Part shown: positions 27,805 through 35,632 of the stretch, piece after piece
Numbering within the stretch: position 1 is the stretch's first letter
Layout: the number at the start of each line of letters is the position of its first letter
Notes under the pieces: model-generated
Told to the model about the DNA's origin: nothing
Databases searched by the model: none
Seen by the model: the letters and a program-made list of their open reading frames with translations, nothing else
Program-made: the position numbers and the translations under genes
NCBI GenBank assembly: GCA_945882915.1
Contig: CAMCWV010000004.1
Span: forward strand, 15,643 to 79,642
DNA from: Waddlia chondrophila WSU 86-1044
GTDB lineage: Bacteria; Chlamydiota; Chlamydiia; Chlamydiales; CAMCWV01
Length of the DNA stretch: 64,000 nt
Direction: 5' to 3'

Positions 27805-28350
27805 CTATAATTTTTTGAATGGTTGCGGAAAAGGTTGGGTTGATCCTATAGTTCTAGACTAGGGTGACTTCATAGGTCACAGCTGGGAATGTTAAGGACG
27901 CTCCATGATACATCATTTTAATGCGTTATCGCGTCCTCTCCCAGTAAAAAAATTATCAAAACGAACACTTCGAAAGGGTGTCGTTCGTGTAAAGAGTTGG
28001 ATAGTAGTCGGATTCGGTATTTTTAGCCTTTTAAGAGGCATTTCCCCTTTTAAGCTTAGAGCTGTGTAAGAGTTTCCGGGCAAGTGGTAATCAGTTCCTT
28101 CAGAGCGTAGTTAGGGTATTTCAATTTTTAACTCGCGGCCTGTTGAATAAAAAGATTTTTGGTACGGCGCGCAACGCATGATTATACATAAGGAAAACTT
28201 TCTTCATCATTCTAAGCGCTCCTCTGGATCTATCATGGGGATATCCATGGAAATGCCACTAGAAATATCATTAGGGTCTAGACTTTTGTGACTATCAGCA
28301 ACGCTCAGTACACCAACGCATAGCCTTTCGTCAAAACACAGGTTGACGAA

Positions 28351-29895
28351 ATGCAAGAAATTCTTCTAAACGTAGAATCCAAAGAAACTCGGTACGCCCA
28401 TTTAGTTAATGGGAAGCTATACGACCTCATTGTTGAAAGAAAAAAAGCCCGTCAGCTTACCGGTAATATCTACCGCGGACGGGTGACAAATATTCTCCAC
28501 AATATTCAATCTGCCTTCATTGATATCAACGAAGGGGAAAATGGGTTTATCCACATTTCAGACATCATCGAGAATACGAAGAAGTTCGAACAGATGTTTG
28601 ATATGGATTTTAACCTCGATTACGACATCCAAGCAGTAGATACCCACCCACAGCAACAGCTAGACATTGAGCAAGTCCTTAAGATTGATCAGCCGGTGTT
28701 TGTTCAGGTAATCAAGGAACCAATTGGCTCTAAGGGAGCGCGCCTTACCTCTAACGTAAGCATCGCCGGACGTTACCTCGTTCTTCTTCCTAACTCTCCC
28801 CACCGCGGCGTTTCACGTAAAATTGAAAACCGTGCGGTTCGCGATCGCCTCAAAAGGGTCATCCGTTCTTTCGAGATGCCCTTAAATATGGGGCTTATCT
28901 GCCGGACAGCTAGTAAGAATGCTACGGCAGAAATGCTTGCTGAAGAAGCCAAAGAGCTCAGCACAAACTGGCAAAGCGTTGTGGCTAATTTCGAAAAAGC
29001 AACAGGCCCTAAATGCCTTTTTGAAGAGTCTGATTTGATCCGCAAAGCTGTGATGACAGCTGTTGATAAAAAGTTTGACAGACTGCTTGTAGATGACCAG
29101 CGCACTTTCCAGATCTGCCAGCGCATTTATGCAAAATACGAGCATGAGCATCCTTTAATCTTAGAGTTGTATCGCGATAAAACACCGATGTTTGAAAGGT
29201 TTAATGTCGAAAGAGAAATCGACAAGACGCTTAGAAGAAAGATTTGGCTTTCTAGCGGTGGCTACCTTATTTTTGATAGCACAGAAGCAATGTGCACAAT
29301 TGACGTTAATTCTGGCAGAAGTGCTTCCGGTTCAACAACGAGTGTTGAAGAGGCTCTTGTTCGTGTAAACCTCGAAGCGGCTGACGAGATCGCTCGTCAG
29401 TTGAGACTGCGCAACATTGGCGGTCTTGTTGTCTGTGACTTCATCGATATGCGTTCACGAAAAAATCAAAAAAGGGTCCTTGAGCGCTTAAAGGAGTGCA
29501 TGAAGGATGATTCGGCTAAGTGCACCATTCTTGGAATGAGCGAGTTTGGTCTTGTTGAAATGACGAGACAGCGCAATAGAGAATCGCTCCTGCAGTCGAT
29601 GTTTACCGATTGTCCGTATTGCAGCGGATGTGGATTAATTAAAACGCACGAGAGTGTCTCTATCGAGATTGAGAGAGCGCTTAAAAAGAACATTCTAGTT
29701 CATCAGCAATTTGCGCTTCGCCTTGTCTGCCATCCAGAGCTTGATAAGTATATGGAAGGGGGAGACAAGCAGCACATTCGCAAGCTTGCAGAAAAGCTCA
29801 ATGCACATGTGAATTTTGATAGAGATGACCGTCTTCATCTCAATGACTTCCATATTTATTCATTAACGAATGATAAAAAATTGGAAAGTATATAA
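28351..29895 (+). CDS. rng: Ribonuclease G/E family endoribonuclease
   Basis: 514 aa. S1 domain GNIYRGRVTNILHNIQSAFIDINEGENGFIHISD. Catalytic core CTIDVNSG...GGLVVCDFIDM. Zn-link-like CPYCSGCG. Confidence 0.9.
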   Translation: MQEILLNVESKETRYAHLVNGKLYDLIVERKKARQLTGNIYRGRVTNILHNIQSAFIDINEGENGFIHISDIIENTKKFEQMFDMDFNLDYDIQAVDTHPQQQLDIEQVLKIDQPVFVQVIKEPIGSKGARLTSNVSIAGRYLVLLPNSPHRGVSRKIENRAVRDRLKRVIRSFEMPLNMGLICRTASKNATAEMLAEEAKELSTNWQSVVANFEKATGPKCLFEESDLIRKAVMTAVDKKFDRLLVDDQRTFQICQRIYAKYEHEHPLILELYRDKTPMFERFNVEREIDKTLRRKIWLSSGGYLIFDSTEAMCTIDVNSGRSASGSTTSVEEALVRVNLEAADEIARQLRLRNIGGLVVCDFIDMRSRKNQKRVLERLKECMKDDSAKCTILGMSEFGLVEMTRQRNRESLLQSMFTDCPYCSGCGLIKTHESVSIEIERALKKNILVHQQFALRLVCHPELDKYMEGGDKQHIRKLAEKLNAHVNFDRDDRLHLNDFHIYSLTNDKKLESI

Positions 29896-29912
29896 CAGAA
29901 GTAAGAGGGCTT

Positions 29913-30911
29913 ATGCCTTTAGATAGTAAACTTTATCAGGACGATCTGAAAGCGGTAATTCCTGGGAATTACCGAGAAATTCTTATCGACTTTTGTAAAA
30001 CGTATACCGAGTCACTTGTCCAGGCGGGCATTTCGGTAGAGTCTTATAAGCCTCTTTTTGACGACTTTTTCGATTTAGTGAAAAAGCAGCTGCAAGAGCC
30101 TTATGCTTTTGAGCCTATCCATCAGCGCGTTACAGCCCCTGTTGATTATACCCGCTTTGGCGTTGAGATCATCCGGCCATTAGTGGACATGAAGGCTTCT
30201 AGCGTTCAGGGGCTTTCTAACGTTGATAAAATGGTCCAACAGATGAGCAGAGGAGAGAACGTGATTCTCCTTGCTAACCATCAAATAGAAGTTGATCCCC
30301 AAATCATCCATCTCCTCCTCGAAAAAGAATACGAACGTTTTGCAGAAGAAATGGTCTTTGTTGCAGGTCACCGGGTGACTACCGATCCTTTAGCGGCTCC
30401 TTTCAGTCTCGGAAGAAATCTTGTTTGCATCTATTCCAGAAAGCACCTCGATAATCGATCAGAGATGAAGGCTGAAAAGCAAAGGCATAATGCGCGTGCG
30501 ATGACCCTGCTCGTCAAGCTCCTTGCAGAAGGGGGGAAGTGCGTCTACGTCGCTCCTAGTGGCGGGAGAGACCGGCCAAATGATAAAGGCAAAGTTGAGG
30601 TAGCTCCTTTTGATCCTCAGAGTATCGAGATGTTCCGTTTAATAGGGATCCAGTCAAAGCGCCCTACTCATTTTTACCCAATGGCTATTGATTCGTACGC
30701 TGTATTCCCCCCCCCAGATAAAGTGCAGAAGGATTTGGGTGAGCAGAGAAAGGTCAAAAGATCTGGGGCCCACATCGCTTTTTGCGATGAGGTGGATCTC
30801 AAGCAGCTTGCAGAACTGTTTCCAGATGCAGATAAATATCAAAGACGGCAGGCTGTTGCAGATAATATCTGGGACATCGTCAAACAAGAGTATGCAAGAA
30901 TTCTGAGTTAA
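29913..30911 (+). CDS. plsB: Glycerol-3-phosphate acyltransferase, soluble plant/chlamydial type
   Basis: 332 aa. HX4D box in LLANHQIEVDPQII, comparable to plastid GPAT NHQSEADP. Followed by SGGRDRP. Adjacent to an M16 protease, as I recall for Chlamydia trachomatis ptr/plsB. Confidence 0.82.
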   Translation: MPLDSKLYQDDLKAVIPGNYREILIDFCKTYTESLVQAGISVESYKPLFDDFFDLVKKQLQEPYAFEPIHQRVTAPVDYTRFGVEIIRPLVDMKASSVQGLSNVDKMVQQMSRGENVILLANHQIEVDPQIIHLLLEKEYERFAEEMVFVAGHRVTTDPLAAPFSLGRNLVCIYSRKHLDNRSEMKAEKQRHNARAMTLLVKLLAEGGKCVYVAPSGGRDRPNDKGKVEVAPFDPQSIEMFRLIGIQSKRPTHFYPMAIDSYAVFPPPDKVQKDLGEQRKVKRSGAHIAFCDEVDLKQLAELFPDADKYQRRQAVADNIWDIVKQEYARILS

Positions 30912-30912
30912 T

Positions 30913-33897
30913 ATGGAGAGAGGTAACATGGCTAATAGGCAAAGACGAGTATTAAATCTTCCGCTTCGCATTTTGAGCGGGCTGTTGCTCCTTGCAGCTT
31001 GGTGCTTGTTTATTATTCAACCTGTGTCTTTGGAGGCAGCTGCAATGGGGTATGTTCTTGTTGATGACTTGGCGAAAACGCCGATTCTCACCCCATCTCT
31101 AGCAGGAAGAGAGATAAAAAAAATTCGTCTTGATAATGAGCTGGAAGCTTATTTGATCTCGGATCCTACTGCAAAGCAGTCAGGCGCTGGTCTTTCTGTG
31201 ATGGCGGGAAGCTGGGATGACCCTGAGGATTCTGGCGGAATGGCCCACTTTTGTGAGCATATGCTCTTTCTTGGAACTAAAAAGTATCCTGGAGAGGAGG
31301 AATATCAAACCTATATTAACGGGCATTGCGGGCAGGTAAACGCCTACACGGCAAGCGATCACACCACGTTTATGTTTTCGGTTGCAAATGAAGCTTTTGC
31401 TGGCAGTGACGGCGCCTTAGACAGGTTCGCTCAGTTTTTTATTAGCCCTCTGTTTAACGAGTCTGCTGTAGAGCGCGAGATGAATGCCGTAGACTCTGAG
31501 TATGCAAAAGATTGTCAAATTGATGCTTACCGCACCTATTATGTTCAAAGGAGTCTTGGAAACAGCGCGCATCCTCAGGCGCGCTTTGATATTGGAAGGA
31601 TGAGTACACTCCAGAAGATCAAGCGGGAGAAGCTTCAGGAGTGGTACGCCGCGCATTACAGCGCCAACTTGATGCATCTTGTTGTTTATTCAAAGCTCCC
31701 TATGAGCGAGCTGCTCCCTCTTGTTGTCTCCGATTTCCAGGGAGTTAAAAATAATGGGGCAAAGCCTGCCGTGGTAGATGTTCCGATCCTTTCTTCTAAG
31801 CAGATGGGGCACATTCTCTACGTTAAACCCCTTAAACAGCTCCGTACAGTTACTTTGACATGGGAGGTTCCTGTTGGCCTTATCGACATCAAAACACAGC
31901 CAGATCGTATTGTAGGCTATATATTGGGTGACGAGAGGGAGGGCTCACTTTTAGATCAGCTAAAAGCAGAAGGGTTGGCAGAGAAATTGGGCGCTGGAAG
32001 CTCAAAGCTTGGCTCCCATTCTATGCTCTTTGATTTGCAGGTTGGGCTTACTGAAGAGGGAATTAAAAAGATCGACACCGTGATCTTGCGCTGCTTTGAG
32101 GCAATCGCCTTTTATCGCAGCAACGAGATCCCTCCTTATATGTTTAAAGAAATGCACGATATGGCAAAGTTGCACTACCAGTACCAGTCGCGAGATGAGG
32201 TCTTTAAAATGGTCTCTAGCTATGCGGAAGGGGTTGTGCGTGAAGATCTGACGACATTTCCTGAACGGCTAACGACTCCAGAGTCTTTTGATGCCATGCA
32301 GGTTAACAAGTTTTTGCAGGGGCTTGCTCCAGAAAAGTGCATGATCACTGTTGTGGTAGACCCTAAGGAAACGGGTGTGGAAACGTCGGAAACAGAACAA
32401 TGGCTTTGCGGAGAGTATGCTGTGCAGGCGGTTTTAGAAGGGACGCTTAAAGAATGGCAGGAGGCTAAGCCTTCCACCTTCGTTCGGAATCCTTCTCCTA
32501 ACAGCTTGATTCCTGAAAATTTGACGCTTCTCCAAAAGACTTTAGAGCCAAACCTCTATCCTCAGCCTATTTTAATTGCGGATGAAGAGCGGGCTAGAGT
32601 CTTCTTTGCACGCGACACAAACTATTTGGTTCCTGAGGTGGCATGGGTCTTTAACATTAAGACTCCTGCAATTCGTCCAGGAGATCCCCGTTCAATGGTT
32701 CTTACAGAGCTTTATTTGCGCGCGCTTTCAGAAAAGCTTTCTACTTTTTCTTACATGGCTCAGATGGCGGGGCTGGAGTATTCTCTTGGAATTTCCGAGG
32801 GAGGAGTTCGGCTGTCTATTCGTGGATACAGCGAGAAGGCCTCTGCTTTATTAGAGGAGGTTCTCAAGAGCTTTAAGAGTATTTCTCTGACCCGTGAAGA
32901 GTTTAAGATTTACCATCAGTCTCTTTTAATGTCTTATACGAGTGCAAAAAACGAAGAGCCTGTTCAGCAGGCAATCGAGAGGCTCCAGAGTGTTATTCAC
33001 AAGAGGTTTGTGACAGCCAAAGCAAAAGCACGGGTGATGGCTGACGTGACTCTTGATAGCCTAGAGAAATTTGCTCACAGGCTTTTTGTGACCTCTTATA
33101 TTGAGGGGATCCTCTATGGGAATATGGAAGAGGCTCAGGCGCGTGATGTTGTAGGGAAAGTGCTAACAGCACTTCCCGGGCATCCTTACCCGATAAGCAA
33201 GCAGTTTAAGGATAAAGTAATCGTCCTTCCAAAAGAGGGCGGGCCGTTTGAGTTTGTTGAAGAAATTAAGATCCCTCAGACAGCGGCTATTCTCGTTATT
33301 CAAAGCGAGCCTTATTCTTTAAAAAATAGAGCCTTGCAGCAGGTCCTTGGGCAGGGATTGCAATCTGACTTTTACGACACGCTCAGAACAAAGCAGCAGA
33401 CCGGATACATCGTTCAGAGCTGGGAGCAGGAGATGGAGCGGCAGCTGTTTTATTTCTTTGCCGTGCAGTCAAACAGTCAAGATGCGCGTAGCTTGTTGAT
33501 GCGTTATGAGTTCTTCTTCGAGAACTATCTTCAGGATATTGAGAAAAAAGCCTTTCCAAAAGAACGTTTTGAGCAAATCCAAAAAACATTGGTTGTTGAG
33601 CTTGGTCAGCTTCCTAATACATTGCAGGATATGGCTGATCGGTTGTTTAGCTTCGCTTTTAAGTATGATGGGGATTTCGATTGGATGAAGAAGCGTTTAG
33701 AGGCGATGAAAGAGATGACATACGAAGAGTTTATAGCGGGCGTAAAAGATGTTCTCGGCAGAGAAAACAAGCGCCGTTTTGCGGTATTGTTGCAAGGAGC
33801 GCTTCCTCAGGCATCGCTTAGCTATCACCCGCTTAAGAGCGTTGAGGAGCTTCGCAAAGTTAGCCACTACCTCGCTAAACCACCAGGAGTGCAATGA
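30913..33897 (+). CDS. ptr: M16 (insulinase/pitrilysin) family zinc metalloprotease with N-terminal signal/anchor
   Basis: 994 aa. Inverted zinc motif HFCEHMLFLGTKKYP (HxxEH). Hydrophobic N-terminus LRILSGLLLLAAWCLFII. The alternative start at MANRQRR is equally possible. Confidence 0.9.
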   Translation: MERGNMANRQRRVLNLPLRILSGLLLLAAWCLFIIQPVSLEAAAMGYVLVDDLAKTPILTPSLAGREIKKIRLDNELEAYLISDPTAKQSGAGLSVMAGSWDDPEDSGGMAHFCEHMLFLGTKKYPGEEEYQTYINGHCGQVNAYTASDHTTFMFSVANEAFAGSDGALDRFAQFFISPLFNESAVEREMNAVDSEYAKDCQIDAYRTYYVQRSLGNSAHPQARFDIGRMSTLQKIKREKLQEWYAAHYSANLMHLVVYSKLPMSELLPLVVSDFQGVKNNGAKPAVVDVPILSSKQMGHILYVKPLKQLRTVTLTWEVPVGLIDIKTQPDRIVGYILGDEREGSLLDQLKAEGLAEKLGAGSSKLGSHSMLFDLQVGLTEEGIKKIDTVILRCFEAIAFYRSNEIPPYMFKEMHDMAKLHYQYQSRDEVFKMVSSYAEGVVREDLTTFPERLTTPESFDAMQVNKFLQGLAPEKCMITVVVDPKETGVETSETEQWLCGEYAVQAVLEGTLKEWQEAKPSTFVRNPSPNSLIPENLTLLQKTLEPNLYPQPILIADEERARVFFARDTNYLVPEVAWVFNIKTPAIRPGDPRSMVLTELYLRALSEKLSTFSYMAQMAGLEYSLGISEGGVRLSIRGYSEKASALLEEVLKSFKSISLTREEFKIYHQSLLMSYTSAKNEEPVQQAIERLQSVIHKRFVTAKAKARVMADVTLDSLEKFAHRLFVTSYIEGILYGNMEEAQARDVVGKVLTALPGHPYPISKQFKDKVIVLPKEGGPFEFVEEIKIPQTAAILVIQSEPYSLKNRALQQVLGQGLQSDFYDTLRTKQQTGYIVQSWEQEMERQLFYFFAVQSNSQDARSLLMRYEFFFENYLQDIEKKAFPKERFEQIQKTLVVELGQLPNTLQDMADRLFSFAFKYDGDFDWMKKRLEAMKEMTYEEFIAGVKDVLGRENKRRFAVLLQGALPQASLSYHPLKSVEELRKVSHYLAKPPGVQ

Positions 33898-35243
33898 ATC
33901 TTTTAGTTATAGGGACAGGATATGTAGGCCTTGTCACAGGGACTTGTTTTGCAGAAATGGGGCATCATGTTGTTTGCTTAGACGTAGATAAGCCTAAAAT
34001 TAGGGGGCTTCAGCAAGGGCGTGTCCCTTTTTTTGAGCCAGGGCTAGAAGCTCTTGTAAAGCGCAACGTACAGGCCAAAAGACTTGCCTTTACGACAAGC
34101 TATGTAGAAGGGCTCTCTCAGTCGCTTGTGTGCTTTTTAGCTGTCCCTACACCCTCAGCAGAGGATGGCTCAGCAGATCTTTCTTATCTCGAAGCTGCAC
34201 TAGGTCAGATTGCCTCTCACATGAACGATTATAAGATTCTTGTCGTCAAGTCTACTGTTCCCATTGGGACTGGCGCGCATGTCAAACAGTTCATGCAAAA
34301 GCTTCTGTGTGTCAGGAGGACTACTGCGGAGTTTGATGTTGTTTCCAATCCCGAGTTCTTAAAAGAAGGGGATGCTGTTCAGGATTTTATGAAGCCTGAT
34401 CGGGTGATTTTAGGTGTTGATAATCCGCGTGTTGAGGCGTTGATGAGGGAGCTTTATTCTCCGTTTACGCTTAGCCATGAGCGGGTGATTGTGATGGATA
34501 TTCCCTCTGCAGAAATGACTAAATATGCCGCTAACGTTATGCTCGCAACGCGCGTTTCTTTAATGAACGAGCTGGCTGGGCTTTGTGAGCTGACAGGGGC
34601 AAATATTTGTAAGGTTCGTTCGGGAATTGGTGCAGATCAGCGCATCGGCTACAAGTTCCTCTATCCAGGAGTGGGATATGGGGGCTCTTGCTTCCCCAAG
34701 GACATCCGAGCATTGAAAGCCAAGGGAGAATCTCTTGGTTATAAGATGGCGATCATTACTGCTGCTGATGAGGTCAATAACAGGCAGAAGCATCTGATGG
34801 GAAAAAAGGTGGCCGCCTACTTTGCTGAAAAAGGGGGGCTTAATCAGAAGACGATTGCTCTTTGGGGGCTTGCCTTTAAGCCAGAGACCGATGACATGCG
34901 TGAGGCTCCATCGTTAACATTGATAGAGTATCTTTTGGGGCAAGAATGCAGTCTTCGGTTGTACGATCCGGTCTCTATGGAGAATACCAAAAAGATTTTG
35001 GGGGCTCACTCTAGTATCACTTGGTGTGTAGATGAGTTTGACGCTGCTTCTGGAGCTGACGCTGTCGTTTTGATGACCGAGTGGAAGCAGTTCCGGTTTG
35101 TTGACTTTGCTCCTGTTCTAGCTAAGATGAAAGGGCATGCCTTTTTTGATGGAAGAAACCAATATAAGCCTGCAGATATGGCTAAAAAGGGCTTCGACTA
35201 CATCAGCATCGGCAAGCCCTCAGCCGTCGCCGCCAAGAAGTAG
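33894..35243 (+). CDS. ugd: UDP-glucose 6-dehydrogenase
   Basis: 449 aa. Rossmann motif VIGTGYVGLVTGTCFAEMGH and catalytic GGSCFPKD. ATGA overlap with the ptr stop. Confidence 0.95.
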   Translation: MNLLVIGTGYVGLVTGTCFAEMGHHVVCLDVDKPKIRGLQQGRVPFFEPGLEALVKRNVQAKRLAFTTSYVEGLSQSLVCFLAVPTPSAEDGSADLSYLEAALGQIASHMNDYKILVVKSTVPIGTGAHVKQFMQKLLCVRRTTAEFDVVSNPEFLKEGDAVQDFMKPDRVILGVDNPRVEALMRELYSPFTLSHERVIVMDIPSAEMTKYAANVMLATRVSLMNELAGLCELTGANICKVRSGIGADQRIGYKFLYPGVGYGGSCFPKDIRALKAKGESLGYKMAIITAADEVNNRQKHLMGKKVAAYFAEKGGLNQKTIALWGLAFKPETDDMREAPSLTLIEYLLGQECSLRLYDPVSMENTKKILGAHSSITWCVDEFDAASGADAVVLMTEWKQFRFVDFAPVLAKMKGHAFFDGRNQYKPADMAKKGFDYISIGKPSAVAAKK

Positions 35244-35262
35244 CCCTCCGCAAAAATGCTTA

Positions 35263-35360
35263 ATATACTCCTCGTAGCTGAAAACGGGAACTTGAACGGC
35301 GCCAAAGCCCCGGGGCTTTGGCGCCGTTCAAGTTCCCGTTTTCAACTACGAGGAGTATAT
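35263..35360. repeat. Family D element, copy D3: 98-bp near-perfect palindrome
   Basis: 49-nt arms atatactcctcgtagctgaaaacgggaacttgaacggcgccaaagcccc / ggggctttggcgccgttcaagttcccgttttcaactacgaggagtatat. There is a single mismatch (C opposite A). Confidence 0.95.
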
Positions 35361-35387
35361 GTTTAATATCTGTTGGTTAATGTGTTC

Positions 35388-35568
35388 GGAGTGAGCGGGG
35401 CGAACTCTTTGGAGTGCAGGGACTTGTCCTAGCTTTCATTAAGCGGGACATGTCCCGCTTAAGACACATAGGTATGCTTGCTAAGGTTCAGAGGGCTCGA
35501 CATGTCGAGCCCTAATGAAAGCTAGGACAAGTCCCAGCACTCCAAAGAGCTACGCTACCGCTTGCTCC
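35388..35568. repeat. Family A nested palindromic element, copy A2
   Basis: Outer arms ggagtgagcggggcgaactctttggagtgcagggacttgtcctagctttcatt / aatgaaagctaggacaagtcccagcactccaaagagctacgctaccgcttgctcc. Inner palindromes ttaagcgggacatgtcccgcttaa and agggctcgacatgtcgagccct. Confidence 0.9.
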
Positions 35569-35632
35569 TTAAGCGGGGCCTGAGCTAAACGTTGTTAATC
35601 ACGCAGAGGCCCTTAAAACGCGGCCTTTCCCC

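Noticed and set aside
27805-28350. Known structured RNAs (tmRNA, RNase P RNA, SRP RNA, 6S RNA) in the long gap before rng
   Set aside because: I could not find diagnostic strings such as GAGGAAAGTCCGGGC for RNase P or a tRNA-like GGGG...TCCACCA frame for tmRNA. A 6S RNA or novel RNA cannot be excluded by eye.
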